In this document: one piece after another, positions 40,242 to 52,495 of the stretch
How the letters are laid out: every line of letters starts with the position of its first letter
Position numbering within the stretch: position 1 is the first letter of the stretch
Assembly (NCBI GenBank): GCA_964016885.1
Contig: OZ024761.1
Coordinates: 15,934,001 to 15,998,000, forward strand
DNA length: 64,000 nt
Source: Eledone cirrhosa
Taxonomy: Eukaryota
Direction of reading: 5' to 3'
Translations under genes and position numbers: made by a program
Notes under the pieces: model-generated
Told to the model about the DNA's origin: nothing
Databases searched by the model: none
Seen by the model: the letters and a program-made list of their open reading frames with translations, nothing else

Positions 40242-40371
40242 AGTTCATTGTTTTACAATCGTTTCAGAAGGTTGATTGATCATGATAAATCGATATATTG
40301 ACTAATCAATAGTAGTTATGTAACTCCATACTATAGATCCATCTCAGTGTCTTCATCAGAAACAATGAACT
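40242..40371 (-). ncRNA. Type I hammerhead ribozyme motif with about 80-nt loop II
   Basis: agttcattgttt CTGATGA aga...(about 80 nt)...tct GAAAC gatt GTA aaacaatgaact. Stem I is a perfect 12 bp. Confidence 0.75.
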
Positions 40372-40549
40372 AGAATGCCATCTCATCTCATTGGAATTGT
40401 TACTTCTGAACTACATGGAGTTCTAACAGTGTTATTGGCCCTACCATAGACAAGTAGATACCAGTATATATCTATATATATATATAGTAGTAATAGGTAG
40501 ATAAAAATATCCAATATATAGAGCAACTCATGTCCGTAGGCTGAGTTTG

Positions 40550-40706
40550 ATATAATTATTAAGGCCAGTTACTACAATGGCGCTATACTAGGTATGTACA
40601 TTTCGTTAGCCCTGAGGACCAACTTGTTCAACTTGGGCCAATGAAAATGAATGGGAAAAGGAAAGATACAAACCTGGTATGTAGTAACTGGCCTTAATAA
40701 TTATAT
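40550..40706. mobile_element. 27-bp inverted repeat enclosing a degenerate hammerhead (Penelope-like end)
   Basis: atataattattaaggccagttactaca ... tgtagtaactggccttaataattatat. Inside, minus strand TTGAACAA gttggtcc tca gggctaac GAAAT gtac ATA. Confidence 0.5.
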
Positions 40707-41425
40707 ATATATATGTAAAAATAGTTTTAAAAAACCCCACATGACTAAGTCTTCAGAACAGGAATTCAAAATAGGACAGAGACAATGGAAAAAACAGATA
40801 GTCTCATCTCCTCAGTCAACCTCTAGAAATTACTAGTTTCAGTATATTAAGGTTGATACTGTTCATGCCAATGCACATTGGGACTATATATATATATATA
40901 TATATATATCTATTCTCTATTATTTCATCCTGCTGTTGAAACCATACTAAAAAGTGCCAAGAGGACTCTTTAGTTATGGCAGGAGTACAACCTCCTTAGT
41001 GTTGGTGATCTACATGATAAACGACCACTCAGTACACTCTGTAAAGTGGTTGGTGATAGGAAAGGCATCCAACTGTAGAAAACCTGCCAAAGAAAGGGCT
41101 GGGAGGACTCTTCAGCTGCATAAGAATTATAATAATCTACTTAGTGGTGCTTATCTACATGATAAACACACTCTCTAAGCACTATATAAAGGGATAGGTG
41201 ATATGAATGGCACCTAACCATAGAAAACTTACAAAACAAACGGTCAAGAAGATTTAGTAATATGACTAACTTTCTCATTATTAAGCTGGTGTTTGGGTTT
41301 GTTTGGAATGCAACTTAACAATGGTTCTTTCATAAAATTAGAGTGAAAGGTATTTTAGATGATGGAATCTCCAGTTGTGTCATAGACAAAACATGACAAC
41401 CTTTCTAGAGCTGGTGATCTACAAT

Positions 41426-43915
41426 GCTGAAAAGAAGGTAGCATGGAAGTGCCACTATGAAAGATTACTGAGGAGAATGCATGGGAAGGAAATAGTTTGC
41501 TCCATGTAGACCCAACAGAGGGTCCGGCTGTACAAATCAGCTGTAGTATAATAAGTAAGTCAATCGAGGATATGAAGAGGCAGGGCAGCTGGACTCTCAG
41601 GGATAGTTGCTGAGATGCTGAAAGCATCAGGAATGGTGGGCCACACCATAGTCTCCCGCACTGTAAATCAAGTAATACAAAATGGTGTCATACCCAATGA
41701 CTGGCGTAGCAGCATAATCGTCAACTGCTACGAGTGCAAAGGTGATGCTCTAAATAGAGAAAACTATAAAGGCATTAAGTTGGTTGACCAGGTTATGCAG
41801 GTCACAGAAAGAGTTATAGCACAGCTGATTAGGAAATGAGTTAACCTAGATGAGATGCAGTTAGGATTTGTACCAGAAAAAAGTACCACAGAAGCCCTCT
41901 TCCTTATAAGGCAACTTCAGAAGTACCTAGCTAAAGGTAAACCCCTCTATTTGGCTTTTGTGGACTTGGAGAAAGCTTTTGCCAGAGTCCCCCGTTCCAT
42001 TATCTGATGGGCTCTTAGAAAACTAGGAGTAAACAAGTAACTTGTGAGGGCAGTACAAGCCATGTATAGAGGAAGTCAGCAAGGTCAGAATTAACAATGT
42101 TTATAGCTAAGAATTTAGGGTGCAAGTTAGTGTCCATCAAGGTTTAGTTCTTAGCTCTCTCCTGTTTATTATCATCCTGCAAGCAATAATGGAGGAGTTT
42201 AAGACTGGTTGCCCATAAGAACTCCTGAATGCAGTTACCTAACCCTTAACCCGTTAGCATTTAAACCAGCCGTATTCGGCTAGAATTCTCTCACTTCTTT
42301 CTGTTCAAACCAGGTGTAACTGGCCACTCATACCAATATTAATGTAATGTCCTCAAAATAAATAACATCAAAATGTCATAGCTTTGACATTATGTGATGT
42401 AAAGCCTTTACCATGAAAATACAATAGTAAGTATAGAGTAATGTAAATGTTAAAGAGTTAAAGCAGAATCTATAGCTGAATTAGAGATGAAATTCCAAAC
42501 CTGGAAGCAAGGCAAAGAATCTAAAGGTTTTAAAGTTAACTTGGCAAAGACTTAAGTTCTAGTAAGTAGAATGGCTAACAGGACCCAGATCTCCTCATGG
42601 AAATGGCCTTGCTCAGTGAGCAGAAAAGGAGTAGGAAAAAATTCCATCCTATGTCCCAAATGCAAACTATTGGTACACAAGAGATGTAGTGGGATCTCAG
42701 ACAGGCTAACAAAGAACATAGGTTTTACATGTGGCCGATGCACAGGGGTAGTAAGTAGCAAGAGCTCTCAGGATATAAACTCCTTCAAATGCCCAAAGGG
42801 CTCTGTAGAAGTGGTAGATAATTTCTGTTACTCGGGTGGCCAAATTAGCAGTGGAGGAGGATGTTCCAGAAGCACAGTAACCAGAATGAGAATGGGGAAA
42901 GTTCAGGGAGTTACTACTGCTGCTAACTACAAAAGGTTTTTCCCTCAAAATGAAAGGCAGACTGTATGATGCATGTATACGAACAACAATGTTGCACAGC
43001 AGTGAGACCTGCGAAGATTGGAAAGAAATGAAGCTTCCATGCTTCGATGGATGTGCAGCAATAATATACGTGAACCACAAAACATAAATGAATTGCAAGA
43101 GAAATTAGGCATAAGAGGGATCATATGCAGTGTGCAGGAGAGGAGATTGCATTGGTATGGACATGTAATACAGAACACACGCCCTTACATAGGCAGGAGC
43201 TGAGGCATACATCTAGTATACACCATCTTAACCCCACCCATCACCCCTCCCATACACCACCCTCGATGTAATCACCCCACTCCTATATCTACCTCCCCAA
43301 TTCCCCATACATCTCAAGGTCTCCAATCCACACCATAAAGTAGTCATCCTGGAGCCAAGACGAAAAGTGCCCAGCCCACACTGTAAAGTGGTTGTGTAGG
43401 TGTCACGACAAAAAGCACCCAGCCCACATTGTAAAGTGGTTGTGTAGGTGTCACGACAAAAAGCACCCAGCCCACATTGTAAAGTGGTTGTGTAGGTGTC
43501 ACGACAAAAAGCACCCAGCCCACATTGTAAAGTGGTTGTGTAGGTGTCACGACAAAAAGCACCCAGCCCACATTGTAAAGTGGTTGTGTAGGTGTCACGA
43601 CAAAAAGCACCCAGCCCACATTGTAAAGTGGTTGTGTAGGTGTCACGACAAAAAGCACCCAGCCCACATTGTAAAGTGGTTGTGTAGGTGTCACGACAAA
43701 AAGCACACAGCCCCACACTGTAAAGTGGTTGTGTTAGCAACATGACAAAAAGTACCCAACCCGCACTGTAAAGTGATCATGTAGGTGTCGCAACAAAAAG
43801 CACCTAGTACACACTGTAAATGTGGTTGGTATTACGAAGGACATCTAGCTGTAGAAACCAAGCGAAAATCAGTTCTGTGCTAGCATGGAAAATGGACATT
43901 AAACGTTGACGTTGA
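41426..43915 (+). mobile_element. Degenerate RTE LINE (PHD-RT family) interrupted by a TTAA MITE; 3'UTR with expanded 48-bp repeat
   Basis: [72 protein letters not shown]. Many stops and frameshifts. Confidence 0.92.
42250..42457 (+). mobile_element. piggyBac-like TTAA MITE family A (other copies 34698-34908 -, 52322-52467 partial)
   Basis: TTAA on both sides. TIRs cccgttagcattta / taaatgttaaagag. Interrupts the RTE RT just after the YADD region. Confidence 0.8.
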
Positions 43916-43941
43916 TGTTATATATATATGTATATATATAC

Positions 43942-44018
<77 letters not shown>

Positions 44019-44125
44019 TATATATATACACATATATATATACACACACATATATATATATATGTTTATATACTGGAATTGAATAATCAAAACCGTAGCG
44101 GTATGTCACATATTGAATCATATAT

Positions 44126-44184
44126 TTTTGTCTGATGAAAACGTACTTAAACACCATTGTACCTTTGAAATATGTATAATAAAA
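44126..44184 (+). ncRNA. Type I hammerhead ribozyme motif (family of 31404-31464)
   Basis: ttttgt CTGATGA aaacgtac ttaaacaccatt gtaccttt GAAAT atgt ATA ataaaa. Downstream flank aligns with the reverse complement of 31360-31420. Confidence 0.75.
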
Positions 44185-44785
44185 TATATATTTTTATTAT
44201 GAGAATATTTTTCATTTATTAACATTTTGAATAATATTAAAAACTCCTGGAAAATTTTTTGTTGAGTGCTTCTAATCTATTGTAATATTGTATTCGTTAA
44301 GTAATCAACGAACCATATTAAACTTTAGTTATATATATATATATATATGTGTGTAGTCCAAATAAATGAGATAATGAGATCGAGATCGTGTAGGTGTCAC
44401 GAGAAAAAAACACACAGTCCACGCTGTAATGTGGCCTTGTAGGTAACACGGTAAAAAGTTCCCAGTTCCACACTGTAAATGTGGTTGGTGTTAGGAAGGG
44501 CATCCAGCCGTAGTAAACCTGCCAGATAGTCCTATATGAGCGAGACACGGTCACCCGACCAACCTTGCCTCAAGTGGGACAACTCCCATCTAACCCATGC
44601 TAGCGTGGAAGATGGACATTAAACGAAGATGATGATGATGATGAGATGATGATTTATAAAATGTTTGTATGAGAGAGAGAAAGAGATAGGGTAAGCAAGG
44701 GAGATACAAGTTAAAGAGAAAGAAAAATAGAGAGTGAGAGGGGAGAGTCAGACAGATAGACAGACTTTGTTAAGAGATAGATAGT

Positions 44786-44841
<56 letters not shown>

Positions 44842-44954
44842 TAGTAAAGAAAGATGTGACAGAGTAAGACTAAGAGAGAAGTGGGGGGAGGGATTTTGTA
44901 TTTCAACAAAACATGAATTAATGAAGAGTTGATCTGTTAGAGATATTGTTCTGA

Positions 44955-45856
44955 CAGACACACACATACACACACACACACACACACAAACACACACATA
45001 CACATACACACACAAACACAAATACATACATACACACACACACACAAATACATACATACACACTCACAATCATACACAGATGGAGATCACACACACACAT
45101 ACATACAAACATGCACAAACACACACACATACATACATACACACACAATCATACAGATGGAGATCACACACACACATACATACAAACATGCACAAACACA
45201 CACACATACATACACACACACACAATCATACACAGATGGAGATCACACACACATACATACAAACATGCACAAACACACACACATACATACACACACACAA
45301 TCATACATAGATGGAAATCACAAACACACACACACAAATACATACATACACATACAGAATCATACACAGATAGAGATCACACACACACACACACATTCAT
45401 AAAGATATATACACAGACATACACAAATGGAGATCACACACACACACACATATTTATAAAGATATATACACAGACATACACAAATGGAGATCACACACAC
45501 ACACACACACATTTATAAAGATATATACACAGACATACACAAATGGAGATCACACACACACACACACATATTTATAAAGATATATACACAGACATACACA
45601 AATGGAGATCACACACACACACACACACACACATTTATAAAGATATATATACAGACATACACAAATGGAGATCACACACACACACACACACACATATTTA
45701 TAAAGATATATACACAGACATACACAAATGGAGATCACACACACACACACACACACACACATTTATAAAGATATATATACAGACATACACAAATGGAGAT
45801 CACACACACACACACATATTTATAAAGATATATACACAGACATACACAAATGGAGA

Positions 45857-45890
<34 letters not shown>

Positions 45891-46235
45891 TTATAAAGAT
45901 ATATACACAGACATACACAAATGGAGATCACACACACAATCATAAAGATATATACACAGACATACACAAATGGAGATCACACACACACACAATCATAAAG
46001 ATATATACACAGACATACACAAATGGAGATCACACACACACACACACAATCATAAAGATATATACACAGACATACAGACAAAAAACTCACATATGCCTGT
46101 ATATGTAAGCATGCATAAACATGCACACACAAACTACTACATGCACGCACATTCATACAATACACACTCACAAGCATACATATTAACACAAACACACATA
46201 CACAAACACACACTCGTACACACACACACATATGT
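44955..46235. repeat. CA-rich minisatellite with variable internal (CA)n
   Basis: atggagat(ca)n tttataaagatatatacacagacatacacaa. Confidence 0.9.
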
Positions 46236-46331
46236 ACACATGGCCATTATACCACTGATTCTATGAGGCCATTCCCAATTGTTAAGTAGCCAACCACTAG
46301 TTGAAGGAGATATCATCAACATCATCACCAT

Positions 46332-46801
46332 TTAACGTCCATTTTTCCACACTAGCATGAGTTAGATGACTTGTCCCATTCTGAGGCAAGCCAGATCAGA
46401 TGACCGTGTCTTGCTCATACAGAACTTAACGTCCATTTTTCCACACTAGCATGAATTAAATGACTTGTCCCATTCTGAGACAAGCCAGATCAGATGACCG
46501 TGTCTTGCTCATACAGAACTTAACGTCCATTTTTCCACACTAGCATGAATTAAATGACTTGTCCCATTCTGAGGCAAGCCAGATTAGATGACCGTGTCTT
46601 GCTCATACAGAACTTAATGTCCATTTTTCCACACTAGCATGAGTTACATGACTTGTCCCATTCTGAGGCAAGCCAGATTAGATGACCGTGTCTTGCTCAT
46701 ACAGAACTTAACGTCCATTTTTCCACACTAGCATGAGTTACATGACTTGTCCCATTCTGAGGCAAGCCAGATCAGATGACCGTGTCTTGCTCATACAGAA
46801 C
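46332..46801 (-). repeat. 94-bp x5 tandem of the RTE 3' terminal segment
   Basis: The unit start ttaa(c/t)gtcc recurs every 94 bp. Confidence 0.92.
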
Positions 46802-48224
46802 TGATCTGGGGCTGGGTTTCTACAGCTGGATGCCCTTCCTAATATCAATCACATTCACAGAGTGTACTGGGTGCTTTTTATCGTGGTACCAAAACACCCA
46901 CTTTACAGTGTGGGCTGGGCCCTTTTTTGTCCTGTGACCAACACAACCACATTACAGTGTGGACTGGGTGCTTTTTATTGTGGCACCAAAACACCCACTT
47001 TACAGTGTGGGCTGGGCCCTTTTTTGTCCTGTGACCAACACAACCACATTACAGTGTGGACTGGGTGCTTTTTATCGTGGCACCAAAACACCCACTTAAC
47101 AGTGTGGGTTGGGCCCTTTTTTTTTCTGTGACCAACACAACCACATTACAGTGTGTACTGGGTGCTTTTTATTGTGGCACCAAAACACCCACTTTACAGT
47201 GTGGGATGGGCCCTTTTTTTTTCTGTGACCAACACAACCACATTACAGTGTGTACTGGGTGCTTTTTATTGTGGCACCATAATGACCACTTAACAGTGAG
47301 GACTGGACCCTTTTTATCATGTCACCAATCAACCATGATAATAACAATAAAAATAATTGTTTCTACTTTTGGCACAAGGCCAGCAATTACCCAGTGCATT
47401 ACTAGTACTTTATTTTATCGACCCCGTAAGGATGAAAGGCAAAGTTAACCTCGGGGGGGATTTGAACTCAGAATGGCAAGGGCAAAGCATGGTGTCTGAC
47501 GCTCTACCGATACTGCCAATCCACCAATGATAATAAAATATAATAAAAATATGTTGTAGTTTGCTGGTTAGTCAGGGTATTTCTTCATGGCTTGCCTGCT
47601 TCCCTTTCACATGTGTAGGAACAACAGTTGCTACAATGAGAAAACTGGAGAAAAAATGAAGTGTATAGACAATATGCCCCCACACCCTCCCACTGCAAGG
47701 TGGTCGTGGAGGTGCCACGGCAAAAAAGCACCCAGCCCACACTGTAAAGTGGACGTGTAGGCGCCACGGAAAAAGCACCCAGCACTCACTGTAAATGAGG
47801 TTGATGTTAGGAAGGACAGACAGCTGTAGAAATCAAGCCAAAATCAGTTCCTGTATGAGCAAGGCATGGTCAGCCGACCAGACACTGCCCACAACAGGAC
47901 AACCCATCTAACCCATGCTAGCGTGGAAGAACGGACGTAAAACGGTGATGATGATGATGATGATGAGAGAGAGAGAGAGAGAGAGAGAGTATGTGTGAAA
48001 GGAAAAGTGAGACAGACAGGGAAAAAGACACAGAGATACAGATATAGAGAGTGCATGCAAGAAAGAGACAGACGGACCGAAAGAGAGAGAGAAGAATGAT
48101 GAGAAGGGGATAATATATATATATCATCATCATCATTTTACGTATATATATATATATATATACACACATATATATATATATACACACATATATATATATA
48201 TATATATATACGTACATATATATA

Positions 48225-49054
48225 CGAGGTGTGTCAGAAAAGTTCCAGGACTGATGTCACAAAAGATTTATTTCAAACCCAAACTTCACACTAAGAGTTT
48301 TCTCCTTCAAAGTAATCCCCCTGGAGTATGTAACTGTAATCTTAGCTCTCTGCAGCGATCAAACTTTTTTCTTCATAATTTTATATACATGTCCTCTGTT
48401 TCAGGTCGTCAAGCAATGAGCACAGAGCAACGGGCAAACTTGAAAACTCCATCAGAAGCACTGGGATTGCTGCAGCAAGTGTATGGAGATGAGATGATGT
48501 CACACTCACGTGTTTTTGAGTGGTACAAGATGACCCCGGGACTGAGGTCAACATTGAGCGCGTCAGGCAGATGGTGCGTAGCGATCGTTGGCTGACTGTT
48601 CAACTGATGGCAAATGAGCTGGGCATGAATCGGGACAGCGTCTGGAAGATTCTCACTGAAGATTTGGACATGCAGAAAGTCTGCGCAAAGATGGTGCCAA
48701 GACTGCTGAACAATGACCGTAAGGGTCGATGCATGCAAGTGTGCCAGGACATCCTCGGGCATCTTGAGACCGAACCAGACCTGCTAGGGAGAGTCATCAC
48801 CGGTGATGTGTCATGGATCTTCGAGTACGACACGTTTTGAAGACGTGGACGAAATCAAAAAGGCCGTGACAACGGAACTGCGGAGGATCCCAAAAGAATC
48901 CTTCCAGGAGTGCATGCAAGCGTGGCAGAAAAGGATGGAAAAGTGCATTAGACTCCAGGGGGGTTACTTTGAAGGAGAAAACTCTTAGTGTGAAGTTTGG
49001 GTTTGAAATAAATCTTTTGTGACATCAGTCCTGGAACTTTTCTGAAACACCTCG
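48225..49054 (+). mobile_element. Internally deleted mariner transposon with 103-bp TIRs and TA target site
   Basis: TIRs at 48225-48327 and 48952-49054, about 2 mismatches. Transposase pieces VFEWYK, KVCAKMVPRLL, ITGDVSW and [11 protein letters not shown]. The second and third catalytic Asp regions are deleted. Confidence 0.95.
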
Positions 49055-49060
49055 TATATA

Positions 49061-49162
<102 letters not shown>

Positions 49163-49179
49163 TACATACATATATATAC

Positions 49180-49210
<31 letters not shown>

Positions 49211-49274
49211 CATATATATATATACATACATGTATATACATATATATACATACATATATATATATATATATATC

Positions 49275-50687
49275 ATCATCATCATCATCATCATTTTACG
49301 TCCGCTTTTCCCTGCTTGCAAGGGTGGGACGGGTCTTATTCAGCACAGCATCTCTCCACTCGTCACGGTCCTTTGTCATCTCCACCCTGAGCTTCAATGA
49401 TCTGAGGTCTGTTCTTACCACCTCCGCCCATGTTTTTCGTGGTCTACCTCTACCACGTCTTCCTTCAACTGGCATTTCCTGGCACTTCTTCACCCATCGG
49501 TCATCCTCCATGCGCATCACATGTCCATACCACCTGTCTCCTCTCTCGCACACTACATTCTATCCCTCTCAGACACAGTTTCTCTCTCAACACATTTATG
49601 CTGGGTTGTTCACGCACATTTACACTGCACATCCAACGGAGCATGCTTGCCTCATTTCTCTCCAGCCGTCGCATATCCTCTGCAGTTGCTGCCCATGTCT
49701 CACTACCATGCAGCATCGCGCTCCTCACACAGGCATCATACAACCGGCCTTTCGTACGCAGGGAGAAACCCTTCTTCGTCAGCAGAGGAAGCAGCTTCCT
49801 AAACTTCTTCCAACCCGTCCTTATTCTAGATACTATGGCCTTGGAACACCCTCCTCCCATGCTAATCTGATCTCCTAGGTACCGGAAGCTATGCACCACT
49901 TCTATAGCGCCCTCCTGCATTTGAAAAATGTGTCTGTCAATGCGATTTCTACTGTCTAATTTCCCTGTACATCTACTGCATACATATTTCTCCCTACCTG
50001 TTAGTTTGCCTGCTATCCCGCTACATCTCTTGTGTACCCAGGATCTGCATTGTGTGCATTTTATAGAATTTATGCCAGTTCCTTTTCTGCATATCGAACA
50101 TGGCCATTTCCCTGACGGAATCAGAGTTTTGTCCTCTTTTCTACTCACCAACACTTAAGTCTTAGCCAGGTTCACTCTCAGTCCTCTTGCTTCCAACTTC
50201 TGTTTCCATAGCCAGAATTTATTCTCTAGCTCCTCTACTGATTCTGCTATAAGAACCAGATCGTCAGCATAGAGAAGTTCCCATGGACAGCCAGTCTTAA
50301 ACTCCTCTGTTATGGCTTGGAGGACTATAATGAACAAGAGCGGGCTGAGGACCGAACCTTGATGTACTCCTACTTGTATCTGGAATTCCTCACTAAACTC
50401 CATTCCTACCCTGACTTTACTGAGAGTACCTCTGTACAAAGTTTGCACTGTCCTCACAAGCCATTCCTCAACACCTAGCTTCCTTAGGGCCCACCAGATG
50501 ACAGATCGGGGTACCCTATCAAAGGCCTTCTCTAGGTCAACAAAGGCTAAGTATAGTGGCTTATTTTTCTCTAAGAACCTCTCTTGCAATTGTCTCACCA
50601 AGAAGAGGGCATCTGTTGTACTCTTCCCAGGCACAAAACCAAACTGCATCTCATCTAGTTTGACCCTTTCTCTAATTAGTTGTGCTA
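49275..50687 (-). mobile_element. RTE-clade LINE, 5'-truncated; RT with embedded PHD finger; near-intact frame
   Basis: QFGFVPGKSTTDA, FVDLEKAFDRVP, GVHQGSVLSPLLF, LLYADD, a C4HC3 finger, [24 protein letters not shown] and an (ATG)n tail. One in-frame stop and one small frameshift seen. Confidence 0.95.
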
Positions 50688-51031
50688 ATATATATATATG
50701 TATATATATATGTATACACATATATATATATGTATATATATATGTATATATGTATAAATGGAATAGAGTGAAACAAAATTTCATTTCTCACTCTTAGTAC
50801 GGCACTTACTTAAATGTAAGTATGTATGTATACGTACATACATATATGTATACAGACGTACAGTAGTATGTATATATATACATACATGCACACATATATA
50901 TATATGCACGTATCGGTTTACCGAACATTTATTATAATGCTCGGTTTGTTTGTTTATAAACAAACAGCCCGAATTACGCCATACAGTGTTTAGGCAACCA
51001 CGTCACCCTTTTGTTCAACACTGACACAGGA

Positions 51032-51074
51032 ACGATGTACTAGTTTCAAGCTTATTAGCTATCGTCAGCATCGT
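51032..51074 (-). ncRNA. Minimal type I hammerhead ribozyme motif
   Basis: acgatg CTGACGA tagct aata agctt GAAAC ta GTA catcgt. Stem III region is the palindrome ACTAGT. Confidence 0.8.
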
Positions 51075-51133
51075 ATACCTTCCATACATATATATATATA
51101 TGTATGTATATATATATATATACATATATATAT

Positions 51134-51452
51134 GCAGGCACATGGTTTAGTGGTTAGAGCATTTGCCTTGCAATCGAAAGGTTGTGAGTTCAATTCTCAG
51201 ACCGGGTGATGTGTTGTTTCCTTGAGCAAGACACTTTATTTCACATTGCTCCAGTTTACTCAGCTGTAGAAATGAGATGATAAGGACTGGAGTCCCTATC
51301 ATTCCACTGTAAAGTGGTCGTGGAGGTGCCACGGAAAAAAAGCACCCAGCACTCACTGTAAATGAGGTTGGTGTTAGGAAGGGCATCCAGCTGTAGAAAT
51401 AAAGCCAGAATCAGTTCCCGTCCCACCCTTGCAAGCAGGGAAAAGCAGACGT

Positions 51453-51490
<38 letters not shown>
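51134..51490 (+). mobile_element. CORE-type tRNA SINE (OR2-like) with RTE-derived tail; other copies 1990-2325 -, 33391-33690 +, 61383-61723 -, 63458-63755 +, 8965-9060 - partial
   Basis: A box TGGTTTAGTGG, B box GAGTTCAATTC. The block ccttgagcaagacactt...cagtttactcagctgtagaaatg resembles the MIR CORE. The 3' part matches the RTE 3'UTR and (GAT)n tail. Confidence 0.85.
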
Positions 51491-52495
51491 ATATACATAT
51501 ATTTCCTGCGGTGATCGAATTTGCATTTCATTCTAAAACAAATACCAGCCAATATGTTGATTTAACTCTAAGTCGAACCAGATCAAACTGACCTCTGATC
51601 AAAAATATTCCAGACATAACTATATAATAATTTCTCTGTGGTGGAGATGCAGTATGTAAGAAGACATTATCTGTTGTCCATAATTGTGTCTTTGGCTCCA
51701 CACCAAAATATTTGAAGGACCTGTTATAATATTTAGTTCTGGGGCAGTAAGATATTCAGCTTTTTACTGGGGCGGTTATGTACTGGGTAAATGAGATACT
51801 GGGTTATTTTTTTTTCACTGGGGCAGTAAAGTACTGTTTTTTTTTGTTCAGCGTTGTTTTGATACACTTCCATTGTGTCAAAACAACGCTGAACTTATAA
51901 GGGCATATATTGAGTTAACAGGGTCACCTCTACCAAGACAAAAAGAGAGCCTCTATTGGGTCAACAAAGGTGCCTCTACTGGGTAAACAAGGGTGTCTTT
52001 ATTGGGTCAAGTGTGCCTCTACTGGTTTATTGACTCAATAGAGATTGGGTCAATAAGGGAGCCTTTATTGGGTCAACAAGGGTGCCTCTATTGGATCAAG
52101 AGTGCTTCTACTAGATCAGGATGTGTGCTTCTACAGGGTCAACAAGGGTGCCTCTACTGGGTCAAGAGTGCTTCTAGTGGGTCAACAGGGGTGCCTCTAT
52201 TAGGTCAACAAGGATGCCTCTACTGGGTCAACAAGGAAGTCTTTAGGCTGCTAGAAATAGTAGCCAAAATCTCCCTACAGAGATATTCCCACCATTTTGA
52301 AAAAAAATATTAACAACACAACAGCTGTAACCAGCCACTCATACTGATGTTAAGGTATTATTCTCAAAATAAATAATATCAAAATCTCATAGATTCGATA
52401 TTATGTGAGGTAAAGGCTTTACCAAGAAATACAATACTAAATATAGAGTAATGCAAATGCTAAAAGGTTAAACCCGCTGTACCTATGATCTAAAG

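Noticed and set aside
51134-51210. tRNA gene
   Set aside because: A/B boxes belong to the head of a multi-copy SINE; I saw no convincing cloverleaf.
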